From: Terriglobia bacterium
GTDB taxonomy: Bacteria > Acidobacteriota > Terriglobia > Acidiferrales > UBA7541
NCBI GenBank assembly: GCA_963695545.1
Contig: OY968796.1
Location: 768,001-832,000, forward strand
Reading direction: 5' to 3'
DNA length: 64,000 bases
Part shown: positions 11,697 through 21,438 of the stretch, piece by piece
How positions within the stretch are numbered: the stretch's first letter is position 1
Layout: each line of letters starts with the position of its first letter
Program-made: the position numbers and the translations under genes
The notes under the pieces: model-generated
What the model saw: only the letters and a program-made list of their open reading frames with translations
What the model was told of the DNA's origin: nothing
The model's database searches: none

Positions 11697-14588
11697 TTGA
11701 CCGCACCTGCGGCCGCGCTTAAACACTTTTGTCTGTCGGCTCTGTTTTGGGGGCTGTGCGTGTGCCTATTCGGCGCCGCCAGCGCCCGGGCATTCCCCAC
11801 GCCCCAGACCACGCTCGACCAAGAATCCGCGCCGGAAGTGCCGGCTGGTCAACCGTACGTCTTGCGAATCGAATTCGATGGCAATCATCGCATGCGCACA
11901 GAGACGCTCAAGGCGCGCATCTTCACGCGCGAAGGTGATCCCTATAAACCTGAAGCGCTGCGCCGCGATTTCCAGGCACTGTGGAACACCGGCTACTTCG
12001 AGGACATCAAGCTCACCGTGCAGGATAGCCCCGACCATCCGGAAGGCAAGATCGTCATCTTCACCGTAACCGAGCGCCCCATCATCCGGCGCATCGAATA
12101 CAAGGGCTTAAAGTCGGTCACCGAATCCGACGTCCTCGATGCCTTCAAAGACCGCAAAGTCGGGCTGTCGGTCGAAAGCCAATTCGATCCCACCAAAATT
12201 AAGAAGGCCCAAGTCGTGATTCAGGAATTGCTGGCCGCGCACGGGCACCAGTTCGCCGTGGTCAAACCGACCTACACGCGCATCGCCGCGTCGAACGCCG
12301 TCACGCTCACGTTCAATGTCGACGAAGGACCGAAGGTCAAGATCGGCCTGATCACGTTTTCGGGAAATCACGCCTTTTCGGACGCGAGATTGCTCCGCAC
12401 CATGAAACATGACCGGCCCTACGGCATCCCGCTCGAATTCTGGTATATCCCGGTAATGCACAAGACGTTCGATCGCTCCGCTCTCGATGAAGATCTCGAA
12501 GTCGGCCTGCGCGATTTCTACCAAGCGAACGGCTATTACAAAGTCGAGATCCCGGACCCAGTCGTCACCACCGTGGACATCAATAAATCCGGCATACCCG
12601 GGCCCTGGCCCGTCGTGGGACGCAAGCACGGCAAGGCCACCAACATCGCGATCACCATCGAAGAGGGCGACCGCTATCGCATGGGCAAGCTTTACATTCG
12701 CAGTTCGGATCCGGAAAAGGGGCTCTCCCTCAAACGCGAGGCTTTGGAGAAAGCTTTTCCACTGCATAAGGGCGACATCTTCAGCGTCGCCAAGGTCCGC
12801 AAAGCGATTGAGGATTACGGCAAGCTCTACGGTCAGTTCGGCTTCATCGATTTCACTGCCGTGCCGGAAAGCGACGTCAACGACGCCAGCAAAACGATCG
12901 ACCTCACTCTGGATTTCGACGAAGGCAAGCAATTCTATGTGCGTCGCATCGAGTTCTCCGGCAACACCACCACGCGCGATAAAGTCATTCGCCGCGAACT
13001 GCTGATCAACGAAGGCGACCTGTTCAACAACCACCTTTGGGAGCTGAGCCTCCTGCGCCTAAATCAGCTGGGTTACTTCGACGCGATCAAGCCCGAGAAC
13101 GCCGAGATCAAGCGCGACACCAAGAACGGCACGGTCGACATCCTGCTGAAGCTGAAGGAAAAAGGCAAACAATCCATCAGCTTGACCGGCGGCGTCAGCG
13201 GCATCGAAGGCGAATTCCTCGGACTGACGTATCAGACCAATAATTTCCTGGGCCTCGGTGAGACTCTGACGTTCACCACACAGTTCGGCTCGATTCAGCG
13301 CGAATTCCGCTTCGGCTTTACCGAGCCCTATCTGTTCGAGAAGCCCATTACCACCGGTTTCACCATCTTTGACAGCCGGTACAACTTCGATGAAGCGCGC
13401 GAGACCTCGCTGCTCTATGGAGAAAAGATAACCCTCAGCCCCGACATCGCTCAGAATTACAATCAAGACAGCAAGGGGTTCACCGGGTTCGTCAGTTATC
13501 CGCTCAAGAAACTCTCGCTGTTCGCGCGGCTCGGCCTGACGTACGGGTACACCGACACGGACATCCAAGCGTTTAGCACCGCGTCCCAATTGCTTTTCGA
13601 GGCGCTGCAATTCCAAGCCATTGCCGGCCCATCGGCGTTGGAAGGAATTCACCAAAGCAGAATCTCGCCCACGCTAACGTACTCGCGCTTGCAGGGTTCA
13701 CAACTGAATCCCACCGGCGGCAAAACGTTTTTCTTGTCCGTGGGCTACGACGGTGGACCTTTGCTCCGTGGCAACGTGAACGAAATCTCCACAACGTTCA
13801 ACATGACCTACTTCCACCCGATCAATCACCACCGCAATGTGCTCGCGGCGCGCTTCCTCGCGTCGTTCGCGTCCGGATACGGCGGGCGCGAGGTGACGCC
13901 GTTCGATCGCTACTATCTGGGCGGCGAGGACAATCTGCGCGGCTTCGACGTGCGCACGGTCTCGCCCGTAGTGTTTATTCCGACGGTGACCAGCGAGTCA
14001 TTCACATTCTACGATCCGACTTTGCTTAACAGCGGCGGCTCGCCGATCCAGCGCACCATCACGATTCCGGCTCTGATCTATCAGACGGCCTTCCCTGGCG
14101 GCGACACCGAGGCCGTCACCAACCTCGAATATCGGATTCCGATTGCTGGTCCGGTCTGGATGGCGGTGTTCACCGACCTGGGCGCCACCGGCGTCCTGAT
14201 CCCATCGCAATTGGAGTTGGCGCAGAGCGGAGTCACAGAAGACAATGCGGAATTTCCGGGGTCCGTCACGAACCCGAGGCTGGACGTTCTAGCGGGAACG
14301 AATTTCAAGCTGCGGGCTTCGTCCGGCATCGAGTTCGTCGCCAATTTGCCGATCATCAATGCGCCGGTGCGGCTCTACTGGTCGTACAACTGGGAACGCA
14401 TGGATAAAACGCTCACCGCGCCGCCGGACCAGTTTGGCATCAACGATAATATTTTGTCGTCGCTGCCGCCCGGCGTATATCAGACCCAGATTCTTCCTCA
14501 AATCAATAATTTGATAGCCAATCCGCAGATCACCCAATTTTTCGATCCGGTAAAAGTCATACGGCTGACGGTCAGCCGCACGTTCTAA
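11697..14588 (+). CDS. bamA: Outer membrane protein assembly factor BamA
   Basis: About five POTRA repeats (e.g. RRIEFSGNTTTRDKVIRRE), NFLGLGE, LRGF loop-6 motif, C-terminal Phe. Confidence 0.93.
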   Translation: MTAPAAALKHFCLSALFWGLCVCLFGAASARAFPTPQTTLDQESAPEVPAGQPYVLRIEFDGNHRMRTETLKARIFTREGDPYKPEALRRDFQALWNTGYFEDIKLTVQDSPDHPEGKIVIFTVTERPIIRRIEYKGLKSVTESDVLDAFKDRKVGLSVESQFDPTKIKKAQVVIQELLAAHGHQFAVVKPTYTRIAASNAVTLTFNVDEGPKVKIGLITFSGNHAFSDARLLRTMKHDRPYGIPLEFWYIPVMHKTFDRSALDEDLEVGLRDFYQANGYYKVEIPDPVVTTVDINKSGIPGPWPVVGRKHGKATNIAITIEEGDRYRMGKLYIRSSDPEKGLSLKREALEKAFPLHKGDIFSVAKVRKAIEDYGKLYGQFGFIDFTAVPESDVNDASKTIDLTLDFDEGKQFYVRRIEFSGNTTTRDKVIRRELLINEGDLFNNHLWELSLLRLNQLGYFDAIKPENAEIKRDTKNGTVDILLKLKEKGKQSISLTGGVSGIEGEFLGLTYQTNNFLGLGETLTFTTQFGSIQREFRFGFTEPYLFEKPITTGFTIFDSRYNFDEARETSLLYGEKITLSPDIAQNYNQDSKGFTGFVSYPLKKLSLFARLGLTYGYTDTDIQAFSTASQLLFEALQFQAIAGPSALEGIHQSRISPTLTYSRLQGSQLNPTGGKTFFLSVGYDGGPLLRGNVNEISTTFNMTYFHPINHHRNVLAARFLASFASGYGGREVTPFDRYYLGGEDNLRGFDVRTVSPVVFIPTVTSESFTFYDPTLLNSGGSPIQRTITIPALIYQTAFPGGDTEAVTNLEYRIPIAGPVWMAVFTDLGATGVLIPSQLELAQSGVTEDNAEFPGSVTNPRLDVLAGTNFKLRASSGIEFVANLPIINAPVRLYWSYNWERMDKTLTAPPDQFGINDNILSSLPPGVYQTQILPQINNLIANPQITQFFDPVKVIRLTVSRTF

Positions 14589-14677
14589 TGAGCAACGCGC
14601 AACCCATCATGCGGACACACGATACGGCGGCAAGGGGCGGCATGCGTAGCACGAATACAGTTGGAGGCACGGGAATC

Positions 14678-17600
14678 ATGAGAGCACGCAAATTCTGGCT
14701 CGCGCTGGGCCTGCTGTGCGCGGCGATCACTCTGGGATGCAGCAGCAGCCCCTCGAATATCGTAATCACGCTGAGCGAGACGGCCGTCGTGGTGGACCTC
14801 AACACTCAGCAGGCGTTCACCGCCACTGTGAGCGGTACGACGAACACTGCGGTCACCTGGGAAGTCACCGGCGCAACCGGCGCAGCCGTGGCCGGCGGAA
14901 ACACCACCATCGGCACGATCGACACGAATGGCACGTATACCGCACCCGCCGTCCTGCCGTGCGTCCCTACGCCGACGGCCGCTTGTATGGTGACGGTCAC
15001 CGCGGTTTCGTCCGCAAACACCTCCATCACGGCCTCCGCGACGGTCACGCTTAGTTCCGGTATCACCCTAACTGTATCGCCGGCGAGCGCCACCATCGGC
15101 ACGCAGGAGTCTTACCCCTTCACTTCCACCGTCGCCGGTACAACCAACACGGCGGTCACTTGGTGCGTCGACTACACGCCGTCGGGCGGATCTCTGGAAT
15201 GCACCACCAGCAACCCCAACGGCACGATCGGCGCGAGTACCGGAACGTTTACGGCTCCCGAGTTCGCGCCCACCGCCGCTGTCACCCTTGTGGCGACTTC
15301 GGTTCAGGACCCTTCGGTGACTGCCGACGCGACCGTCACCGTCATCACCGCGGTAGACCCCACCGTGAGCGCCGTCAGTCCGACTACCGCGCCTCAGGGA
15401 TCGACGTTCGAGGACGTCTATCTCACGGGCACGAATTTTATTTCCACGACCTCCGTGCTCGTGAATGGCACGCCTTTGCCGGCGTTCAATAACGGCGTCG
15501 ACAGCGTCAGCCTGCCCAATCCGACGTTCGCAGGTCTCGGCTCGACCAATGCGATAGGCGGTGAAACAACCACTTTGCGCGCCCGCATTCCGGATTTCAT
15601 GCTCACGACCCCGCCAACGCCGCCAAACACCACAAGCACGCTCACGATTACCGTCGAGAGGCAGGGCGGTACGCCCCAGTCCTGCGCTTCCCCCGCGCTG
15701 TGCCAGATTGCGCTCACTCCGGTTCGCCCCGCCATCGCGGGGCCGAGTCCAGATAGCGTGCTGCAGGGTTCGGCCGGATCCGTCAACTTCAATGTTGACG
15801 GCGGCTATTTCGGAACGAATTCCAGCCCCGTCGTTACCGGAAAATTCAATGGCAGCGCGCGCACCACGGTCGTCAATTCATCTCTGAATCCCGTCAATAG
15901 CGGTCGCCAGCTAAGCGTTGTCGTCGGCGGCGGCCTGAACGCTGGCGATCTCACCACGCCCGGCTTGTACCCCGTGACCATCCAAAACAACGCCGAGCCA
16001 CAGCAAGTGGCCACCGCGAATCTCGCCGTTCGCCCAGCGTATAGTCCGCCGGCTTCGGTAATCTCTACGATCACGAATACCGTGGCATCGTTGCCGGGCA
16101 CGAAGCCCTCGGCCGTCGCGATTGACACGTCAACCGCGCTGGCCGTCGTGGTCAATTCCGGCTCGAACGACGTAACATTGCTCGACTTGTCTTCCGGTAC
16201 GCCCGTCGTTGTCGTAGCCTCGCTCTGCACGGGAGCCGTATCGCCCGCGCCGACGCCGTGCCCGGTATCCGGACCGACCGGCGTCGCCGTCGACAACATC
16301 CGTCACATCGCACTCGTCGCGAATGACACAGCAAATCCTCCGACCATCGCGGTCATCAACCTCACCACGCGTCAAGTGACCTCTCTGATCAACACAAGCG
16401 AAATCATTACCGGTAACAACACGACCGCGAGCCCCTTCTCCGTCGGCATCAATCCCACCACCGGGCACGCCATCGTGGCATTCAAATCCACGAACATCGC
16501 CGCGCTGATTGACCTGACGCAGAATCCGCCGGTGATCAGCGGCGTGGTTACTGCCAGCACCGGCGCAAGCCCGGAGATTGCCGTCGATGCCGAACTCGAT
16601 TGGGCCGCGATCACGCCGGGCGGTTTGGGCGCGATGACGCTCGTCAATTTGGGCCGCCAGAATTCCGAACCGATCGCCGCCGCCAGCGCGGCCACCCCGG
16701 GTGCCGTGCGGTCCGCGGGCACCGTGACGATCACCACCACGTCAACCCAGTACTTGCAGCCCAATCAATCCGTGCTGATCCAAGGCGTTGCCGACCCGAG
16801 TTTCGACGGAACCTACACGGTCCTGTCGGTGACCTCAAACACGAGCTTTACCTATTCACAGAGCGACACGACGAACTCCACCAGTGGCGGTGGCTCGATC
16901 ACCTATGCGAGTCCCGTGGCCACGCTCGCGGTGGCATTGACCGTCCAGGGCATATCATTCAATCCCGAAACGCACACGGCCATCCTTACCGATCCGTCGC
17001 CGATCGATACGTCCGAGGCCGCTCTGATCTACAGCGAATTCAACCAGGCCTCGACGCCGATCTCTCTTCAGGCCGGATACGTCGCCGCGGCCTTCAATCA
17101 GCTCACCAACACCGGAGTGATCATCAACACGATGCTGAATCAGGCTCTGGTGATCGACCCAACCCAACCGGCCGCGATTCAGGAGCTCACTACCAACCTC
17201 AACGCGCCGGTCGCGATCGCGTGCGATCCGATAACCAACCAATTCCTGATCATCAATCAAGGCAGCAATACGGTCGCGGACTATTCGCTGGGCACGGTCC
17301 GCCCGCTACAGATCACGGAAGTAAGTCCGCTCGTCTACAATTTGACTTCGTCGCTGACCACGCCGGCTGTGCCGGCGCCGCAGACCTTGACGATCGTCGG
17401 AGGTGGATTTAGTTCTTCTTCGGTGGCACGTTTGGATGGCGTCCCGCTGCCCACCACGTTCACCTCGAGCCGCTCGTTGCAGGTGAGCGTCCCCGCCGCC
17501 ATGCTTTCGAGTCCGCGCCGCTTCGCGCTCGACGTGCTCAATCCGGGCCCCGCAGTTTCCAACGGCGAGGAGTTCATCGTCACCCAGACCGTGGATCTCA

Positions 17601-18475
17601 CCAATCCCGGCTGCATCAATCCCCAACCGGATGGAGTCGCCGTTGATCCGCAGAATAACGTCGCTGTGGCTTCGCTCGATGGATGCAACTCCGTTGCCGT
17701 GGTCAACCTCTCGAATGGCATGGGCTCGATCGTATCCGTTGGGGAGTCTCCAACCGGCGTTGCGGTCTTGCCAAACGTTCACTTGGCCGCGGTGGCGAAT
17801 TTCAATAGCAACAACGTAAGCATCGTGGACACCATCGCCCTCGACGTCACGCAAACCGAGACAGTCGGCTCAGGACCGCTCGGTGTCGACGCCGACCAAA
17901 ACACCGGAGAGGTCGCGGTTGCCTGCAGCGGGGCTGACACCGTCAGTATTTTCAACGCCATCACACCAGCGGGGGAGAGCAGCCTTAGCGCTGATCAGTA
18001 CCCATACGACGTGGCAATTGATCCAATCGACGATTATATCGCCTCGGCCAACGCCGTCGGCAATGACCTCACAGTGGAGAACGCCGTCACAAGCGAGCCC
18101 GCCTTCTCCCCCTTCACAGGTATGGAACAGCCGACCGGCGTGATCTACGACCCGATCGGTTATCAGTTCCTGGTAGCTTCGAGCTTGAGCAACCAGATTT
18201 TTCTGGCGTCGGCGGTTTCCCAGCAGTCCACAGCATTCTCTGTGGGCATTAACCCGACCTCGATCGCCTACAATCCGTTCTCCAGCACTTTGGTCACTAC
18301 GAACACGGAGAGCGGCACGATGACGGTCGTCGATCTTCTGGCTCGGCAAATTCGTTCCGTGCTCTCGGTGAATTCAGGCGCGCAGTTCGCCGTGGCTATC
18401 CATCCGTGGACGAACGTTGCCACAGTCGCTGATACGGTGGACAACAAGTTGATTTTCATACCGCTGCCCCGCTGA
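14678..18475 (+). CDS. Large Thr/Ser-rich lipoprotein with Ig-like, IPT/TIG and YVTN-type beta-propeller repeats
   Basis: GGAGG before ATG 14678; lipobox TLG-C; 'F.ATV.GTTNTAVTW.V' Ig repeats; many 'P.GVAVD...A.VAN..SN.V' propeller blades. Confidence 0.8.
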   Translation: MRARKFWLALGLLCAAITLGCSSSPSNIVITLSETAVVVDLNTQQAFTATVSGTTNTAVTWEVTGATGAAVAGGNTTIGTIDTNGTYTAPAVLPCVPTPTAACMVTVTAVSSANTSITASATVTLSSGITLTVSPASATIGTQESYPFTSTVAGTTNTAVTWCVDYTPSGGSLECTTSNPNGTIGASTGTFTAPEFAPTAAVTLVATSVQDPSVTADATVTVITAVDPTVSAVSPTTAPQGSTFEDVYLTGTNFISTTSVLVNGTPLPAFNNGVDSVSLPNPTFAGLGSTNAIGGETTTLRARIPDFMLTTPPTPPNTTSTLTITVERQGGTPQSCASPALCQIALTPVRPAIAGPSPDSVLQGSAGSVNFNVDGGYFGTNSSPVVTGKFNGSARTTVVNSSLNPVNSGRQLSVVVGGGLNAGDLTTPGLYPVTIQNNAEPQQVATANLAVRPAYSPPASVISTITNTVASLPGTKPSAVAIDTSTALAVVVNSGSNDVTLLDLSSGTPVVVVASLCTGAVSPAPTPCPVSGPTGVAVDNIRHIALVANDTANPPTIAVINLTTRQVTSLINTSEIITGNNTTASPFSVGINPTTGHAIVAFKSTNIAALIDLTQNPPVISGVVTASTGASPEIAVDAELDWAAITPGGLGAMTLVNLGRQNSEPIAAASAATPGAVRSAGTVTITTTSTQYLQPNQSVLIQGVADPSFDGTYTVLSVTSNTSFTYSQSDTTNSTSGGGSITYASPVATLAVALTVQGISFNPETHTAILTDPSPIDTSEAALIYSEFNQASTPISLQAGYVAAAFNQLTNTGVIINTMLNQALVIDPTQPAAIQELTTNLNAPVAIACDPITNQFLIINQGSNTVADYSLGTVRPLQITEVSPLVYNLTSSLTTPAVPAPQTLTIVGGGFSSSSVARLDGVPLPTTFTSSRSLQVSVPAAMLSSPRRFALDVLNPGPAVSNGEEFIVTQTVDLTNPGCINPQPDGVAVDPQNNVAVASLDGCNSVAVVNLSNGMGSIVSVGESPTGVAVLPNVHLAAVANFNSNNVSIVDTIALDVTQTETVGSGPLGVDADQNTGEVAVACSGADTVSIFNAITPAGESSLSADQYPYDVAIDPIDDYIASANAVGNDLTVENAVTSEPAFSPFTGMEQPTGVIYDPIGYQFLVASSLSNQIFLASAVSQQSTAFSVGINPTSIAYNPFSSTLVTTNTESGTMTVVDLLARQIRSVLSVNSGAQFAVAIHPWTNVATVADTVDNKLIFIPLPR

Positions 18476-18555
18476 TTTCCGCGCGGAGCAACTAGCTCGC
18501 ACCGGTCGCCGGCCCTTCCGCGGCAACCGGAGTTCAGCATGACTGGGATTTCGGG

Positions 18556-18585
18556 TTGACGCCCGGAAACCACGACACCTATAAT
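18556..18585 (+). promoter_or_regulatory. Sigma70-like promoter for skp
   Basis: TTGACG-N18-TATAAT, ~33 nt before the start; AAGGAG SD follows. Confidence 0.7.
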
Positions 18586-18617
18586 CGGCGGTTTGTGACT
18601 CGTCGAAAGAATAAGGA

Positions 18618-19265
18618 GTGAGAATGAACGTCCATTTTTCCCTGAAACATGTGCCGGCAGCACTTCTGGTAGTTTTCCTTTTCGCCACCGGAGCCTGGGC
18701 CCAAGGCGGCGCCGCAGCGGCTGCGCCCCCTGCAACAAAGATTGTCGCTCTCGACGTTCAGGGCGCGATTGCAGCCACGGCCGAAGGCAAGGAAGCTGCG
18801 ATTGAATTGCAATCGAAGTTCGCGCCGAAGGAAACGCAGTTGCAAGACATTCAGAAGAATATCGAGGACATTCAGAACCGCCTCCAGAACGGCCAAGCCA
18901 CGCTGAGCGATGAGGAAAAGTCCAGCTTGCAGCGGCAGGGCGAGTTGTACAGCCACGAGCTACAGCGCGGTCAGGACGATCTCCAGGAGCAAGTGACCGC
19001 TGACCGGCAGGACGTCGTCGACCGCATCGGCCGAAAGTTGCTCGACGTGGTCGACCGGTACGCCCGCGAAAACGGTATCGCTATGGTGCTCGATTCCTCC
19101 GTGCAAGGCGGATCACTGCTCTACAGGTCGCCCCAGGTGGACATCACCAACGACATCGTTCGTCTGTACGATCAGGCCTACCCTGTTAAACCCGCAACGG
19201 CAGCGACGCCTCCGGCGAGCCATGCTCCTGCGACTCCGAAGCCCGCTACGCCGCCGCAGCGATAA
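18618..19265 (+). CDS. skp: Periplasmic chaperone Skp/OmpH
   Basis: Signal peptide, KIVALDVQ, Q-rich coiled coil, ..DITNDIVRLYD; downstream of bamA. Confidence 0.88.
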   Translation: MRMNVHFSLKHVPAALLVVFLFATGAWAQGGAAAAAPPATKIVALDVQGAIAATAEGKEAAIELQSKFAPKETQLQDIQKNIEDIQNRLQNGQATLSDEEKSSLQRQGELYSHELQRGQDDLQEQVTADRQDVVDRIGRKLLDVVDRYARENGIAMVLDSSVQGGSLLYRSPQVDITNDIVRLYDQAYPVKPATAATPPASHAPATPKPATPPQR

Positions 19266-19450
19266 GCGCCCGCAACTGGACTGGGCCGAGCTTCCCCCGC
19301 TTTTCATTCCGAAGGCGGGGGTGTAGGCGCCGGTCGTCCGTCGAATCGAGCGGAATTTGACTCGCTTCGGCACGAGAGCTAGGCAGAAGTTCCAAACGCA
19401 GCTACAATGTTTCGGCCTTCCCAAACGGATTTCCACTAAGGATTCAGGGC

Positions 19451-20134
19451 GTGGAACCGATAGTCGTCACCGAGAACCTCTGGAAAATTCATCACGCGGG
19501 CAAACTCGAAGTGCCCGCTCTGCGTGGGGTAAATCTCCAGGTAATGCCCGGCGAATCGGTCGCCGTGATGGGCCCGTCGGGCTGCGGTAAATCGACTTTG
19601 CTCTACGTCCTCGGCGGCCTGGCGCGCGCCACGCGGGGCAAGGTGCTTGTCGATGGCAACGATCTGGCGATCATGAGTGACGCTGAGCGCACCAAGCTCC
19701 GCCGCCACAAAATTGGCTTCGTCTTCCAGCGCTTCAACCTTCTGCCCACGCTTGATGCGCGCGGCAATATCGCTATCGCCCAGCACATTCACGGCAATGG
19801 ATTCGATCCGCACCGCTTTGAGATCGTCACCAAGATGCTCGGCCTCTCGGGTCGCCTCCGTCATCGCCCTTCGGAGCTCTCCGGTGGAGAGCAGCAGCGC
19901 GTAGCCATCGCTCGGGCCATCATCAACGAACCGAAAATCGTGCTCGCCGATGAGCCCACCGGCAATCTCGACACCGAGAATTCCCAAGCCGTGCTGGCCA
20001 TGCTGCGCCATTTGAACAAGGAACTGGGCCAAACCATCATCATGATCACGCACAACCCGGAAGCCGCCACGCACTCTGACCGCATCGTGCACATGCGCGA
20101 CGGCGTGATCGTGGACGGCGTGCCCGCCGAGTAA
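19451..20134 (+). CDS. ABC ATP-binding protein (LolD/MacB-like)
   Basis: [44 protein letters not shown]. Confidence 0.9.
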   Translation: MEPIVVTENLWKIHHAGKLEVPALRGVNLQVMPGESVAVMGPSGCGKSTLLYVLGGLARATRGKVLVDGNDLAIMSDAERTKLRRHKIGFVFQRFNLLPTLDARGNIAIAQHIHGNGFDPHRFEIVTKMLGLSGRLRHRPSELSGGEQQRVAIARAIINEPKIVLADEPTGNLDTENSQAVLAMLRHLNKELGQTIIMITHNPEAATHSDRIVHMRDGVIVDGVPAE

Positions 20135-20138
20135 GGCC

Positions 20139-20534
20139 ATGCGTACGCTTTGGCGCGTCATCTCCCGCATCGCGTTCTGGTCTTACGATCGCGGGACCTG
20201 GCCCTACGACGTGGCCGTCGCGGCCATCGTGCTGTTCGTTTTGTTCTCGCCTCGCTCGTGGTTTCATGATCAGCCCGCCGTCGGCCCGCCCGCTGCGCAG
20301 ACGCTCGTCGTGCTGGAATCCCCCGCCAGCCCCGGAGGCACGGAAACTTATCGCGTGGACGCACGCCTGCTGGCTTCGCCTATCCGCACGCCCGAGCTCG
20401 AACACGATTTGCACGACGCCATGCGCAAGAACACCGAAAGTCTCCGGCATGGCAATTTTCACATTCTGCGCATCGAACCCATCCGCGGGGAAGGCGATAC
20501 CGTCAGTTACTACGACGTCACGATTTCGCCCTGA
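20139..20534 (+). CDS. Small membrane-anchored hypothetical protein
   Basis: FWSYDRGTWPYD followed by one TM helix; 4 nt after the ATPase stop. Confidence 0.7.
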   Translation: MRTLWRVISRIAFWSYDRGTWPYDVAVAAIVLFVLFSPRSWFHDQPAVGPPAAQTLVVLESPASPGGTETYRVDARLLASPIRTPELEHDLHDAMRKNTESLRHGNFHILRIEPIRGEGDTVSYYDVTISP

Positions 20535-20685
20535 CCGCGCCCGCGGCTCCCGCGCGGTTCATGTTTCGCCCGTTGGAACCGGCGCCGAGCCCGGGGCATC
20601 TTAGTCTTGTGTGGTGTGCTACGATGCCCAAGCGGTTCTGTGCCCGCCCGCAAGCGCAACAACGCAGTGGAATAGCGAGGAATTA

Positions 20686-21408
20686 TTGAAACTGTCCTGG
20701 CCACATCGGTACATCTGCGCCGCGCTCATGGCAGCCGCGGGCTTGTGCCTGGCCGTCGCTGGGCCCACTCCGGCCAGAAGCGCGCCGCAAACGCAGTGGA
20801 CGCTCGAAACAATCCTGCGCCAACTCGACGCGCAATCCAAGGATTTCACGAGTCTCACCGCGGACATGGAGCGCACCAAGGTCACCGTCGTCGTCGACGA
20901 TAAATCCACGGATAGCGGAAAGATTTTCGTCCGGCGCGACGATAAAATGCGCATCGAGTTCACCAGCCCCGATCCGCGCACGGTCCTCCTGAACGGCGAT
21001 TCCCTGTACGTCTACACGCCGAAGATCAATCGCGTCGATGAATACAGCATCGCCAAACACAAGGACCTGGCGGATCAGTTTCTTCTGCTGGGTTTCGGCA
21101 CTTCGGGCACCGCGCTCCAAAAGAACTACGACATTACCTTCCAGGACGAAGAAACGCTGGACGGCCGCAAAACCCTGATGCTCGAACTCACGCCGAAATC
21201 CGCGGACATGCGCAACCAGATTTCCAAGGTTCAAATCTGGCTCGACGAAGCCACCTGGCTTCCCGCGCAGCAGAAATTTTTTGAGACTGGCTCAGGAGAC
21301 TATTTCACGGTCCACTACACCAACGTCGTTCGCAACGTCCGCATTCCTGACGCGCGCTTTCGCCCGCAATGGCCAAAGGGCGTGACCAAGGTCAAACAGG
21401 ACAGCTAG
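20686..21408 (+). CDS. LolA-like outer-membrane lipoprotein carrier
   Basis: Signal peptide; SG.IFVRR..KMRIEF..P..R.VL.NG..LYVY.P, LELTPK; TTG start after GAGG. Confidence 0.75.
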   Translation: MKLSWPHRYICAALMAAAGLCLAVAGPTPARSAPQTQWTLETILRQLDAQSKDFTSLTADMERTKVTVVVDDKSTDSGKIFVRRDDKMRIEFTSPDPRTVLLNGDSLYVYTPKINRVDEYSIAKHKDLADQFLLLGFGTSGTALQKNYDITFQDEETLDGRKTLMLELTPKSADMRNQISKVQIWLDEATWLPAQQKFFETGSGDYFTVHYTNVVRNVRIPDARFRPQWPKGVTKVKQDS

Positions 21409-21438
21409 ATCCCCGCGTCTTCCGGTTCTCGGCGCTCG

